A DNA stretch of 57,828 bases, from the IMG/VR virus record IMGVR_UViG_3300049795_000023, positions 1-57,828 of that record. The stretch is one strand, 5' to 3'. Position 1 is the first letter of the stretch; every line of letters begins with the position of its first letter. Shown piece after piece: positions 8,541 to 17,780 of this stretch. This DNA comes from a virus (taxonomy: Duplodnaviria > Caudoviricetes). Both the position numbers and the translations under genes were made by a program. The notes under the pieces were generated by a model. It made no database searches and was not told the DNA's origin. It saw only the letters and a list, made by a program, of their open reading frames with translations.

Positions 8541-9238
8541 CCGCCTTTCATGCCGGATTTGATGGCCTCTTCAATGCTGCTTCCTCTGTACCATCCTCCT
8601 CCGACACTGACGAAACACTCATGGGTAGCATCGTCTTGAGAAAGGCTTACCGTCTTGTAAGTGCCGTCCCGAGTCGAGCCGCACTGCTCGATCAGCCAGT
8701 CAAACATGGCTACCTTCTCTTTGCACTTCGTTAATTCCGCGCTGTCTTCTTTGACCAATTCCGACATTGTTAAAATTGTCTTTTTGTGATCTTCAACCAA
8801 TTTCGCCAAAGCGTCACAATTCCGTTCCAGAAACTCATTCCTGTCAGACAGCGTATCGCAACGCTTGTTGGCCGCGTCACGCTGCTTCAGCGCCGAACGC
8901 ACCATTGCGCTGTTAGCAGACGGCGCGTCAGGCGGCAGCGACTTCGTGATGTGCGTCCACATGTCTGCTGCTGTGATGTCGATTCCACGATCAATCGCCC
9001 GCGTCAGTTCCAGTGCGGTAGTCATGACGTTGATTTCCAGCAGAGGGTCTGTACTGGTGGTTTCGCCGCGAGTTACGACCTTACCCTCCGCGTCGTAAGC
9101 TGCAAAGACAATAACGTCTTTGCGATCGGACGCTCGAACCTGGTCAACTGTCGCAAGGATGCTGCGGACGCCTGCAACGTGCCTCACGGTAGGCTCGATG
9201 CCTGCCGCTTCCATGATGGATTCAATATCGAGTTTCAT
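8537..9238 (-). CDS. hypothetical protein with coiled coil
   Basis: ATGA-coupled within the operon. Confidence 0.7.
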   Translation of the reverse strand: MKLDIESIMEAAGIEPTVRHVAGVRSILATVDQVRASDRKDVIVFAAYDAEGKVVTRGETTSTDPLLEINVMTTALELTRAIDRGIDITAADMWTHITKSLPPDAPSANSAMVRSALKQRDAANKRCDTLSDRNEFLERNCDALAKLVEDHKKTILTMSELVKEDSAELTKCKEKVAMFDWLIEQCGSTRDGTYKTVSLSQDDATHECFVSVGGGWYRGSSIEEAIKSGMKGG

Positions 9239-9239
9239 G

Positions 9240-9656
9240 TCAAGCCTTCCAGCTTAAATTGAGATTTCCAAAAACAACGTCAAAGCCGTGACTGACTAGC
9301 ACACCGGATTCGACGGACCAGGGCCATATTTGGCCAAAGACGGGTACACCTGCTTCGCGCAGCTCCTGCAGGACGTAAAGACCTTTGCGAAAGTCGTTGC
9401 GTGACCATTGGAAAACGTCAAGGCTGACATGCTTGTCAAAGCTGGCCAGGTCAACGCTTCGTAAGTCGTGCCAGGTGAAAGTGCACGTGCCCCACAAGGC
9501 ATCCTGCTGCATCTCCAGCACGCCTGACGTAACGGCCCACGGCCACCCGTCGCCAATCACGGGCACGCCAAGATCACGCAACCTGCGCAGCACGACGAAA
9601 CCCTGATCAATCTCACGCCCAACGAAATCAGAAATCTTGAATGTAATTTGTTTCAT
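9240..9656 (-). CDS. hypothetical protein with two tandem copies of one domain
   Basis: VLRRLRDLGVPVIG..WPWAVTSGVL repeated as VLQELREAGVPVFG..WPWSVESGVL; ATGA-coupled start at 9656. Confidence 0.75.
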   Translation of the reverse strand: MKQITFKISDFVGREIDQGFVVLRRLRDLGVPVIGDGWPWAVTSGVLEMQQDALWGTCTFTWHDLRSVDLASFDKHVSLDVFQWSRNDFRKGLYVLQELREAGVPVFGQIWPWSVESGVLVSHGFDVVFGNLNLSWKA

Positions 9657-9928
9657 GATTCTGGAATCAATAGCCAAACCAGCATAACCACCCAGGATGC
9701 CATTAGTGTGTATTCTCCAGGCTCGTCTAGGCCGAACGAGAAGCACACAAGGAACAAGACCAGGTAAGGCAAATAGTCTTTGAGCATGGCTTGCAAAATC
9801 CTATAACCAGCGGCCTGAACGGCCAGTGCCAAAAAGACGCCAACCAGCGCACACGACCTCGCGGTTTCGTCCTGGACTAGCAGGAGGCTCGCGCCAATTG
9901 CTACTATGTGAAGCAGCCAGAGGCTCAC
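9653..9928 (-). CDS. small membrane protein (3-4 hydrophobic segments)
   Basis: Hydrophobic stretches; GAGG RBS; coupled to neighbours. Confidence 0.7.
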   Translation of the reverse strand: MSLWLLHIVAIGASLLLVQDETARSCALVGVFLALAVQAAGYRILQAMLKDYLPYLVLFLVCFSFGLDEPGEYTLMASWVVMLVWLLIPES

Positions 9929-10281
9929 TACCTCACCTCTTTGACCAGGTTGAGATGCATCGGGTCAGACGACACGATGTAAGCCCTGCTCATCATGATT
10001 TTGAAACGGAACGGGGCCGGCTGTGGAATTTGCTCGACAAGGTCCTCGAACGCGTAGACGCTATTCTGGATACGCTTGGCCAGGTCCACACCCACATACC
10101 ATACGTAATTGTCAACCACGAAGTACCGGTCGGTAGTCATCACCATCCGTCGCAGCAGACGCATGCGCAGGATCGCCTCCCGGATCTCGATGATTTCGTC
10201 AATTGCCTTTTCTCGTGGGCTCTGCACAGCAAGCTCGCAGCTCGCCTCTCCTGAGAACTGTTGGCCGTCGTCCTTTGGCAT
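9928..10281 (-). CDS. hypothetical protein
   Basis: First gene of the leftward operon. Confidence 0.65.
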   Translation of the reverse strand: MPKDDGQQFSGEASCELAVQSPREKAIDEIIEIREAILRMRLLRRMVMTTDRYFVVDNYVWYVGVDLAKRIQNSVYAFEDLVEQIPQPAPFRFKIMMSRAYIVSSDPMHLNLVKEVR

Positions 10282-10311
10282 GATTACACTTCCGATCGCA
10301 GTGTTTAGGTG

Positions 10312-10410
10312 ATTGCATTGTTAGCTAAAGCGAACTGAAGTGCAAGGGGTCATAAAAACAAAATTAGCTATAAAAATTCTGGACAGATCAATTCGATTTT
10401 TGCTAGAGTC
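10312..10410. promoter_or_regulatory. divergent sigma70-like promoter pair
   Basis: Minus: TTGCAC-N17-AACAAT; plus: TGGACA-N18-TAGAGT; AT-rich gap where gene orientation switches. Confidence 0.5.
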
Positions 10411-10463
10411 CGATCCGCCGACAGAGATTGTCGGATTCACAACCACTCACGAGGCAAACCCGA

Positions 10464-10871
10464 ATGTCTACGCAACTTTTGATCACGATTCCCGACCTGG
10501 CAACCCTGGGCAAGGTCGCACAAGCCCTGGCCGCACTTGGCGTGCTGGGAAACGTTCCCGGGTCTGCAGGATCGACGGCACAGAATGTCGCTTCTACGCA
10601 TACTGCGCAGGTGGCCCAGCAGGTCGCTGCGCCCGCGCCGGCCCCCGATCCGTTCGCAGCTCAGGTGCAGCAGCAAGCACCGCTGACCTGGGAGCAGTTC
10701 ATGACCAGGGCGCAGGCCTGGACGAAGATTGGCAACAATGCCGCTGAATTCGTCCCGAAGATGAACGCCTTCGGCGCCGCGAACCAGGTGGCACTGCCGA
10801 ACGTCCCTGCAATGCAGCCGATGGGGCCGCAGAAGTGGGCCGAATTCCTGGCCATGCTGCCAGGGGCCTGA
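10464..10871 (+). CDS. Ala/Gln-rich hypothetical protein preceding the DUF2800/DUF2815 pair
   Basis: GAGG RBS before ATG 10464; position typical of this module. Confidence 0.75.
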   Translation: MSTQLLITIPDLATLGKVAQALAALGVLGNVPGSAGSTAQNVASTHTAQVAQQVAAPAPAPDPFAAQVQQQAPLTWEQFMTRAQAWTKIGNNAAEFVPKMNAFGAANQVALPNVPAMQPMGPQKWAEFLAMLPGA

Positions 10872-10926
10872 GCAACCCCTGCTGCGCGCCGGCATAGATC
10901 CCTGACAATTCAGAAAGGCCGATATC

Positions 10927-11175
10927 ATGGCGAAGTCACGATTCACAACCTGGTTCAAACCGAATGAGCCGCCTGTCGTGTCAGGGGTCTTCCAGCGCGA
11001 GATGGAAGATGGCCAGCGCGTCTACAACTACTTCGATCCCACAGGGACTGACGGATGGTTTACGTCCGGGCACAACGCAAAGGCTGCGCTCGAGCAGTAC
11101 AACAGGTTCAAGACCCCATCGGCGCACCAGAAAAAGGGCTTTGTCTGGCGCGGTTGCACTGACGCGAAAGGCTAA
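10927..11175 (+). CDS. hypothetical protein
   Basis: WF...PPVVSGVF...WRG pattern seen in small phage proteins; AAGG RBS. Confidence 0.75.
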   Translation: MAKSRFTTWFKPNEPPVVSGVFQREMEDGQRVYNYFDPTGTDGWFTSGHNAKAALEQYNRFKTPSAHQKKGFVWRGCTDAKG

Positions 11176-11178
11176 GCT

Positions 11179-12528
11179 GTGGCCGGTGCTCATGCGAAGC
11201 GTTCACCGAGCGGCTCGCCCGCTTGGACGCTGTGTCTCGCGAAGCTGAATCGGGAAGCTGGAATTCCCGATCTCAGAGACAAGTCAGAAGCCGAAAAAGG
11301 CACGATCTGCCACGACATCAGTGCCCGGGTCTTGCAGGGCGAATCGTGGGCGATCGAAGCCACGCTGGGTAAGAACGCCCTGGTAAACGATGCGACCGGC
11401 GATGTCCTCTACCGCATGCCCTCCGCCGGCACTGTAGACGGCCACACGGTAGACCAGAACATCGTCAACTCGGCCAGGGCCTACACGGGCTTCGTGCAGC
11501 AGCTGGCCATCGGCGGGGAACTTGCGATCGAGCAGCCTGTACCCATCGACCACATCACCGGCGAGAAGGGCGCGAAGGGAACCTCGGATGCAATCATCCT
11601 GTTTCCCGAACGCGCTCCGGGTACGGGGGCGGAAGTTTGCGTCGTCGATCTGAAGTCAGGCCGTGAGCCGGTGTTCGCAAAGACAGCAATTGACGAAGCC
11701 CTGGCCGCAGTCACCGGCCAGGTTGTCGGTTCATGGATGCCAAATACTCAGCTGGTGATGTACGCATCCGGCAGCGTCATCAAGCACATGCTGTGGCACA
11801 ACATCAAGCGCGTGCGCCTGATCATTGTTCAGCCGCCGCTCGATCACGTTGACGAAGTTGTTTTGACAATTGACGAATTCGTCTGGTGGGTCGATTGGAT
11901 CAGACAGCGGGCAGAACTCAGCAAAGACCCGAAGGCACCGGCAACGCCAGGCGAGAAGCAGTGCAAATACTGCAGGTTCGCGGTTAACTGTCCAGAGCTT
12001 AAGGAATTCTCGATCGCAACGGCGCTCGCTAATTTCGACAGCCCTGGCCAAACACCAGTCGTGCGTGCAGTCAGCTCCGCCGAAATGCCGAAGATCTACG
12101 GCGTGCTGGACCTGATCGAAGGATGGTGCCAGAGCATGCGTCACCGCATGTTCATGGAGCTGAACAGCGGCACGCTGGATGAACGCTCGGGTTGGAAGCT
12201 GGTTCGCGGCCGGCTTGGCAATCGTTACTGGACAGACGAAGAACGGGCTAAGGCGCTGATGGAGCAAGCCGGCACGGCGCACGCGCTGATGTACGGGCCG
12301 CCGCAGCTGATCTCTCCTACCACGGCAGACGGAAATTTTGCAAAGACGAATCCGAAATTGTGGGAGAATTTGAAAGCGATAGTGGACCGCGCTGACGGTA
12401 AGCTCACCGTCGCCCCGGTCAGCGATGAACGTCCTGCAGTCCGGCCGGCGCACGACGCAATTTCGGCATTTGACTTGCCGGCAAACCCGCCTGCCGGTGC
12501 AGCCATCGACATAACCGGCTTTTTCTAA
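11179..12528 (+). CDS. DUF2800-family PD-(D/E)xK (Cas4-like) nuclease
   Basis: HAKRSPSGS.AW..C, GTICH, GTSD, DLKSG, QLVMYA, CKYCR.AVNC. Confidence 0.88.
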   Translation: MAGAHAKRSPSGSPAWTLCLAKLNREAGIPDLRDKSEAEKGTICHDISARVLQGESWAIEATLGKNALVNDATGDVLYRMPSAGTVDGHTVDQNIVNSARAYTGFVQQLAIGGELAIEQPVPIDHITGEKGAKGTSDAIILFPERAPGTGAEVCVVDLKSGREPVFAKTAIDEALAAVTGQVVGSWMPNTQLVMYASGSVIKHMLWHNIKRVRLIIVQPPLDHVDEVVLTIDEFVWWVDWIRQRAELSKDPKAPATPGEKQCKYCRFAVNCPELKEFSIATALANFDSPGQTPVVRAVSSAEMPKIYGVLDLIEGWCQSMRHRMFMELNSGTLDERSGWKLVRGRLGNRYWTDEERAKALMEQAGTAHALMYGPPQLISPTTADGNFAKTNPKLWENLKAIVDRADGKLTVAPVSDERPAVRPAHDAISAFDLPANPPAGAAIDITGFF

Positions 12529-12542
12529 TTGGAGATTTCACC

Positions 12543-13286
12543 ATGCTTGTTGTCCTTAAAATCGTTCGCATTGCCTTTCCTGAAATCTACGTCGCGAAGC
12601 CATTCGGCGGCACAGGGGCTTCGCGATGCTCCGCGATGTTCCTGATGGACCCGGCCACGCCACACGGTGCTGCCAACATCTCACAAATGCAAAAGGCAAT
12701 CGTGCAGGTGGCAACCGACAAGTGGAAGGACAAAGCCCGGGACATGGTTCGGTCTTTCGCTGCGAAGGCGGAACTTTGCCTGCACGAAGGCAACGAGAAG
12801 TCTGAATACGAAGGCTTTGCCGGCATGAAGTTCGTCAGTGCGAGCAACGATCAGCCGCCTGTCGTCGTTGACGAAAACAAGCGCATCCTGACACCGCAGA
12901 ATCATCAAAACAAGATCTACAGCGGCTGCTACGTGAATGCTCAGGTTGACGTGTGGGCACAGGACAACCAGTACGGCAAGAAGATCAACGCCAAGTTGAT
13001 TGCAGTTCAGTATCAAGGCCAGGGTGTTGCGTTCAGCGGTGGCGCCGGTTATGACGATTCGCTTTTCACAGCCGCCGACCCGAGTGCTGGTGCCACGGGT
13101 AGCGACTTCTTTGGCCAAGGTGGTGGCGATCCGTTTGCAGGGCTGTCATCACAGCCTGCGAACAACTCGATGGCCGGAATGTTCGGCGGCAACGCAGACC
13201 CGTTTGCATCGCCTGCGCCGGCAGTGAGTGCTGATAGTTTTTTCGGGGCACCTGCTTCGACGAACCCAGGCAACATGCCCTGGTAA
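12543..13286 (+). CDS. DUF2815-family ssDNA-binding protein
   Basis: RIAFP, IYSGCYVNA, N.YGKKINA.L.AVQ...G.AFSGG, then acidic/aromatic tail. Confidence 0.88.
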   Translation: MLVVLKIVRIAFPEIYVAKPFGGTGASRCSAMFLMDPATPHGAANISQMQKAIVQVATDKWKDKARDMVRSFAAKAELCLHEGNEKSEYEGFAGMKFVSASNDQPPVVVDENKRILTPQNHQNKIYSGCYVNAQVDVWAQDNQYGKKINAKLIAVQYQGQGVAFSGGAGYDDSLFTAADPSAGATGSDFFGQGGGDPFAGLSSQPANNSMAGMFGGNADPFASPAPAVSADSFFGAPASTNPGNMPW

Positions 13287-13299
13287 CCCCCTGGTCGAC

Positions 13300-13455
13300 G
13301 CTGACCTGGCTTTTCATTGACGAATCAGAAGTACCGTTTTGAGGTTGGCGCAGTAAAAGCCGTGCAAAGTTCTGGCTGATTCAGCGGCTAGAACGTACCT
13401 ACGGGCCATTGATAAAATCCTCTGGCTCTGAGCGGACCGCACTATGTAGGAACCG
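13300..13455 (+). ncRNA. candidate structured RNA or structured UTR
   Basis: Three consecutive stem domains in a ~240-bp intergenic gap. Confidence 0.3.
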
Positions 13456-13527
13456 ATGCACGCCGCGTTGCAATTGCAAAAACATACGCACTGCGCTAAC
13501 CTTTCTTTTTCACGTAGGAGTCGCGAA

Positions 13528-13725
13528 ATGATGGAATTCAGCAAGATCAAAGTAGGGGCCACGTACAGCTACAGGCTGCCGCGCGGCCGTGAGCAGGCGT
13601 CCCCGCGCTGCAAGGTCATGAACGTTGAGCCCGAGCGCAAGGGCGGCCCGATGGTCACGGTTTACGACAAGGAACTGGACCGTGTTGTTCAAGTACGTCC
13701 GGCCATGCTGTCGCCCGCCGGCTGA
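13528..13725 (+). CDS. small SH3/KOW-like hypothetical protein
   Basis: AGGAG RBS; 65 aa beta-rich, IKVG.TY start. Confidence 0.7.
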   Translation: MMEFSKIKVGATYSYRLPRGREQASPRCKVMNVEPERKGGPMVTVYDKELDRVVQVRPAMLSPAG

Positions 13726-13743
13726 CACGCTTCAACCCTGCAG

Positions 13744-13783
13744 CGCCCCGATCGGCATTTACTGATCGGGGCGTTTCTATTTC
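13744..13783 (+). terminator. Rho-independent terminator
   Basis: CGCCCCGATCGG...CTGATCGGGGCG then TTTCTATTT. Confidence 0.75.
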
Positions 13784-13794
13784 TGGATGGCAAG

Positions 13795-15675
13795 ATGATA
13801 ACGAATCGACCGAAGGCGACGTTTGACATTGAGTGCTTTTCCGATTACTTCCTGGCGATGTTCGAGCGCATCGACACGCGTGAACGCCGCTGGTTCGATG
13901 CCTACCCGGGCAAGTCCCTGGACACGCGGGGAATCATTGCGTGCATGCAGAGCCTGCAGCTCATCACGTTCAACGGCCGGAACTACGACATTCCAATGGC
14001 GCTGTTTGCGCACCGCTTCGGCGCCGACTGCACACGACTGAAAGCCCTGTCGCACGAAATTATCAAGGGTGAAGACGGCAAGGGGTCGCGCGGCTGGCAG
14101 ATTCTCAAGAAGTACCAGATCCAGGAACCCGAGTGGCTCGACCACATCGACCTGCAGGAAATCATGCCTGGCATGGTGAGCCTGAAGATCTACGGTGGGC
14201 GCATGCACTGCCGCAAGCTACAGGATCTGCCTTATCACTTTGACGCTTCAATCCTGCCCGAGCAGCGCCAGACGGTCATTGAGTATTGTGGAAACGACCA
14301 AGATCTGACGAATGCCTCGGCCAGGAAGTTCGCTCCGCATTTGAAATTGCGGACTGAGATGTCTGCGCAGTACGGGTCTGATCTACGCAGCAAGTCAGAT
14401 GCGCAGATAGCAGAAGCGGTCATCCGCTCCGAGCTGCAGAAGGTCATGCATGGCCGATACATTGAAAAGCCAGGCGTTGTGCCTGGCTTTTTCAAGTACC
14501 GCGCGCCCGACTTCCTGGCCAACGCAACCGGTGCTGCCGCAGAAGCTGTGCAGCTAGCGTGTCAAGCCGAGTTCGAGATTCAGGCAAGCGGCAAGGTCAA
14601 GATGCCGGAAGAATTGGATAAACGAGAAATAAGAATTGGCCAGGGGATCTACCGCATGGGCATCGGCGGACTGCACAGCAGCGAAAGCAGTCAAGCTTAT
14701 GTAGTAGATAGGGACTGGATGATCTGCGATATCGACGTGAAGTCGTTCTATCCTGCAATCATAATTATCACAAGGCTGTTTCCAAAACACATAGGCGACG
14801 TGTTCCTGGTTGTCTTCACCGAGATTTTCAAAACTAGACTTGACGCTAAGGAGCGTGCTAAGTACAACAAGATTCAGAAACAGATTGCAGAGACTCTTAA
14901 GATTGTGCTTAACGGGTCTTTTGGCAAATTTGGAAACGCATACTCCATGCTGTTTTCCCCTGAGCTGCTGATCGCAGTCACAGTCACCGGCCAGCTGGTG
15001 CTGCTGATGTTGATCGCTGCGATTGAAGCCTGGTCACCCGACATGCATGTAATTTCGGCAAACACCGATGGCATCGTCGTGCGATGCAGGCGTCATGCAT
15101 ACGACACGTTAAGGCTTTGCGTTACAACCTGGGAGCGCCGCACCGGGTTCGAGATGGAAGAGACTCGCTATCAGGGGATCTACAGCCGCGATGTAAACAA
15201 TTACATTGCCATCAAATCCGAAGACTACGGCGTCAAGCTCAAGGGCGCCTACGCGCCGCCCGAGCCGGTGGCGTCCTCCTGGCCAAGTCCACACAATCAA
15301 ATCTGCATAACCGCGGTCACCGAGATGCTGCGCTGGGGTATGCCGATTGAACGCACCATCCGCGAATGCAAAGACATCCGTCAGTTCGTCGAAGTCCGCG
15401 GTGTCAAGGGTGGATCGACATGGTGCGGCGAATACCTGGGCAAAGCTGTGCGCTGGATCAAGGCCAGGGGCGGCGCCCCGATCATGACCTTGAACACCAC
15501 CGTAAAGGGAAATCACACTCAGGTTGCCGGAACTGAAAGCTGCAGACCTTTGATGGAACTACCGGATGAAATTCCGTTTGACCTGGATCACGACGCGTAC
15601 ATCCGAGACGCGTACGAAATTTTAAGAGACATCGGGGTTAACCCGACTGGAATTCCTCGTTTAGCCGAACGATGA
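13795..15675 (+). CDS. DNA polymerase, family-B-like, with 3'-5' exonuclease
   Basis: Exo I FDIEC, Exo II FNGRNYD, Exo III YCGND; pol motifs DVKSFYP, KIVLNGSFG, NTDG. Confidence 0.9.
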   Translation: MITNRPKATFDIECFSDYFLAMFERIDTRERRWFDAYPGKSLDTRGIIACMQSLQLITFNGRNYDIPMALFAHRFGADCTRLKALSHEIIKGEDGKGSRGWQILKKYQIQEPEWLDHIDLQEIMPGMVSLKIYGGRMHCRKLQDLPYHFDASILPEQRQTVIEYCGNDQDLTNASARKFAPHLKLRTEMSAQYGSDLRSKSDAQIAEAVIRSELQKVMHGRYIEKPGVVPGFFKYRAPDFLANATGAAAEAVQLACQAEFEIQASGKVKMPEELDKREIRIGQGIYRMGIGGLHSSESSQAYVVDRDWMICDIDVKSFYPAIIIITRLFPKHIGDVFLVVFTEIFKTRLDAKERAKYNKIQKQIAETLKIVLNGSFGKFGNAYSMLFSPELLIAVTVTGQLVLLMLIAAIEAWSPDMHVISANTDGIVVRCRRHAYDTLRLCVTTWERRTGFEMEETRYQGIYSRDVNNYIAIKSEDYGVKLKGAYAPPEPVASSWPSPHNQICITAVTEMLRWGMPIERTIRECKDIRQFVEVRGVKGGSTWCGEYLGKAVRWIKARGGAPIMTLNTTVKGNHTQVAGTESCRPLMELPDEIPFDLDHDAYIRDAYEILRDIGVNPTGIPRLAER

Positions 15676-15945
15676 TTGACTACATGCACACACGAACCAG
15701 CACCTAGTGATGACGATTTCATTTTGTTTTGCGTTCGGCTTTTGTTCCAGTGGCTTTTTAATTCGCGTGCGGCAAGACCCGCAATTCAAATACATGGCAA
15801 CTGCTGCAGGGGGAATTGCAGCCTCGCAACCCGCCCACCGGCCGGCGCAAAAGCCGTCGTCCTATGGCTAGCGTCGATGTCGACTTCAAGTCAATGTGAC
15901 GATACTCGCGGCGCCAGGTGGCGCTGCTACTTTCGGGAATTGAAA

Positions 15946-16488
15946 ATGACAGCCAGCCGCAAGATCAAGAACGAATTCGGATTGACGCAACGGCAAATGG
16001 AAATCGTAAGACGTGTCGCTGACGGCTATTCAAACAAAGAAATCGCGCGCGACTTCAACATAAGCGAGGCCACAGTCTTGTGCCACGTCAACTCTGCAAA
16101 GCGCATATTGAGAATTAAAAGCCGCGTTCTACTGGCTGTCTGGGTAGTTAGAAACAAGCTGGACGAAGCGCCGGCCGCGGCAACGCAAGTCACAGTGATA
16201 CCTAAAAGTCCCGAACATCGTTCCCGTGAAATGTTCGAGACTCGCCTGTTGGAATTGCAGAAGGCCGGCAACTCATGCTTACGGATTCAGTCAGTGATGA
16301 GCTTGCTTGCTCTCTGCGACAGCATCGTATCGAGAGAAGTGTATAAAAGTCCCGAACAACATTCCCGCGAACTGTTTGAAGCCCGTCTGTTGGAATTACA
16401 GAAGGCCGGTGAGTCATGCTTGAGGATTCAGTCACTGACGAGCTTGCTTGATCTATGCGACAGGATCACATCAAGAGAAGGTTCATGA
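15946..16488 (+). CDS. LuxR/GerE-type HTH regulator with duplicated C-terminal module
   Basis: LTQRQMEIVRRVADGYSNKEIARDFNISEATV..H; start moved to ATG 15946. Confidence 0.85.
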   Translation: MTASRKIKNEFGLTQRQMEIVRRVADGYSNKEIARDFNISEATVLCHVNSAKRILRIKSRVLLAVWVVRNKLDEAPAAATQVTVIPKSPEHRSREMFETRLLELQKAGNSCLRIQSVMSLLALCDSIVSREVYKSPEQHSRELFEARLLELQKAGESCLRIQSLTSLLDLCDRITSREGS

Positions 16489-16589
16489 AGCGCTACGCAA
16501 TCGCAACGCTTGTCTTTTTCGCATTCCTCGTAGCCGTGAAGATCCTCGGGGAAGCCATTTACGTAATTACCGTAGGCATTGCACCATGA
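16485..16589 (+). CDS. 34-aa membrane peptide (not in ORF track)
   Basis: MKRYAIATLVFFAFLVAVKILGEAIYVITVGIAP; ATGA overlap at both ends. Confidence 0.65.
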   Translation: MKRYAIATLVFFAFLVAVKILGEAIYVITVGIAP

Positions 16590-17191
16590 ACAGCGTTGAC
16601 CACCTATTCAGCGCCGGCCTGATTGCGCCGACTCAGTTCCCGGATGTAATGCTCGATCTGGAAACGATGGGCACGGCGCCAAATTCCCCCATTATCGCGA
16701 TCGGGGCGGTCACGTTCAGCGAAGAGCTTGAGCAGCTGGGCGAGTTCTTCTACCGCAACGTGAATTTACAATCATCAGTTGACCAGGGGGCCGTGATCGA
16801 CGCCGACACCGTCCAATGGTGGATGCAACAGAGCGAAGCGGCTCGTGCGCGGCTGATGAAGGACCGGGTTCACATCACGCAGGCGTTAAGCGAGTTCAAG
16901 ACCTGGTGCGAGAAGTACGCCGGCAACGTCAAGGCTGTGAAGATCTACGGCTGCGACCCGTCGTTTGACAACACCATATTGCGCGAGCACTACCGGCGCG
17001 CAGGCATCGTTCCGCCGTGGCTACACACCGGCAACCGCTGTTTCAGAACGCTGAAGGGTCGGCATCCGATGCAGGAATGGGTGAGCGATCCGGCAAACCA
17101 TGTCGGAACCTACCACAACGCGACTGACGATTGCGTTTTTCAAATTCACTATTTGTTTGCCATCAACCGCAAGCTTGGGCGAAAAGCATGA
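16586..17191 (+). CDS. DEDDh 3'-5' exonuclease (phage exoVIII/RNase T-like)
   Basis: VMLDLETMG, SFDNTIL, RCFRT, HNATDD. Confidence 0.88.
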   Translation: MNSVDHLFSAGLIAPTQFPDVMLDLETMGTAPNSPIIAIGAVTFSEELEQLGEFFYRNVNLQSSVDQGAVIDADTVQWWMQQSEAARARLMKDRVHITQALSEFKTWCEKYAGNVKAVKIYGCDPSFDNTILREHYRRAGIVPPWLHTGNRCFRTLKGRHPMQEWVSDPANHVGTYHNATDDCVFQIHYLFAINRKLGRKA

Positions 17192-17760
17192 GCAACGCGA
17201 TACCCGTGGAACCATGGATGAGCAGTTATGGTGTCCGCATCGGACGTGACAACGCCAACTGCATCGACTTGGTTTTCACGAAGGTCGGTCAGCACGAATA
17301 CCAGCTTTACCACAACGAAGCGGAATACCTGCGCGATCTTCTTATCGCTGCACTTCCGGCGCCACTTCCGGATGCCTGGCAGGAGCGACAGATGGTCAGA
17401 CCTGGGGAGTGGACGCCGTGGTATGGGTGCCCCGACAGGATGCTCCGCATGCCACGTTCGCAGGATGTCGGCGGGATTCCGTTCGAGTGGCGCCCGCTGT
17501 ACACCGCTAAGCCGCCACCGCGACAGCTGCTGTCCGACAGCGAGCAGGCTTGGCTAATGACTAATCCATACGCGCTGCGTCTGCTTATGGACCGCGAAGA
17601 CTCTCAGTTCACCGAGGCTGAAGCTGTAGCAGAGCCGGGCATATGTCCTAACTGGCCTACTGCCCGCTGGACTGCGTTGCGCGAACGGGGCCGTAGCATC
17701 ATGGCCGAGGATCTTGAAATATGGTCCGATGAGCTGCTGCGTGCATTCGGATTCAAATAA
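17188..17760 (+). CDS. hypothetical protein
   Basis: ATGA-coupled start at 17188. Confidence 0.7.
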   Translation: MSNAIPVEPWMSSYGVRIGRDNANCIDLVFTKVGQHEYQLYHNEAEYLRDLLIAALPAPLPDAWQERQMVRPGEWTPWYGCPDRMLRMPRSQDVGGIPFEWRPLYTAKPPPRQLLSDSEQAWLMTNPYALRLLMDREDSQFTEAEAVAEPGICPNWPTARWTALRERGRSIMAEDLEIWSDELLRAFGFK

Positions 17761-17780
17761 TTACCGCGCAAGGATGTAAC

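Noticed and set aside
11179-12528. Cas4-like nuclease as evidence of CRISPR-Cas
   Set aside because: DUF2800 is a standard member of this phage replication module
15676-15945. 90-aa N-terminal extension of the LuxR ORF as a sensor domain
   Set aside because: TTG start without RBS and no domain-like pattern; ATG 15946 is preferred, and the gap remains unexplained
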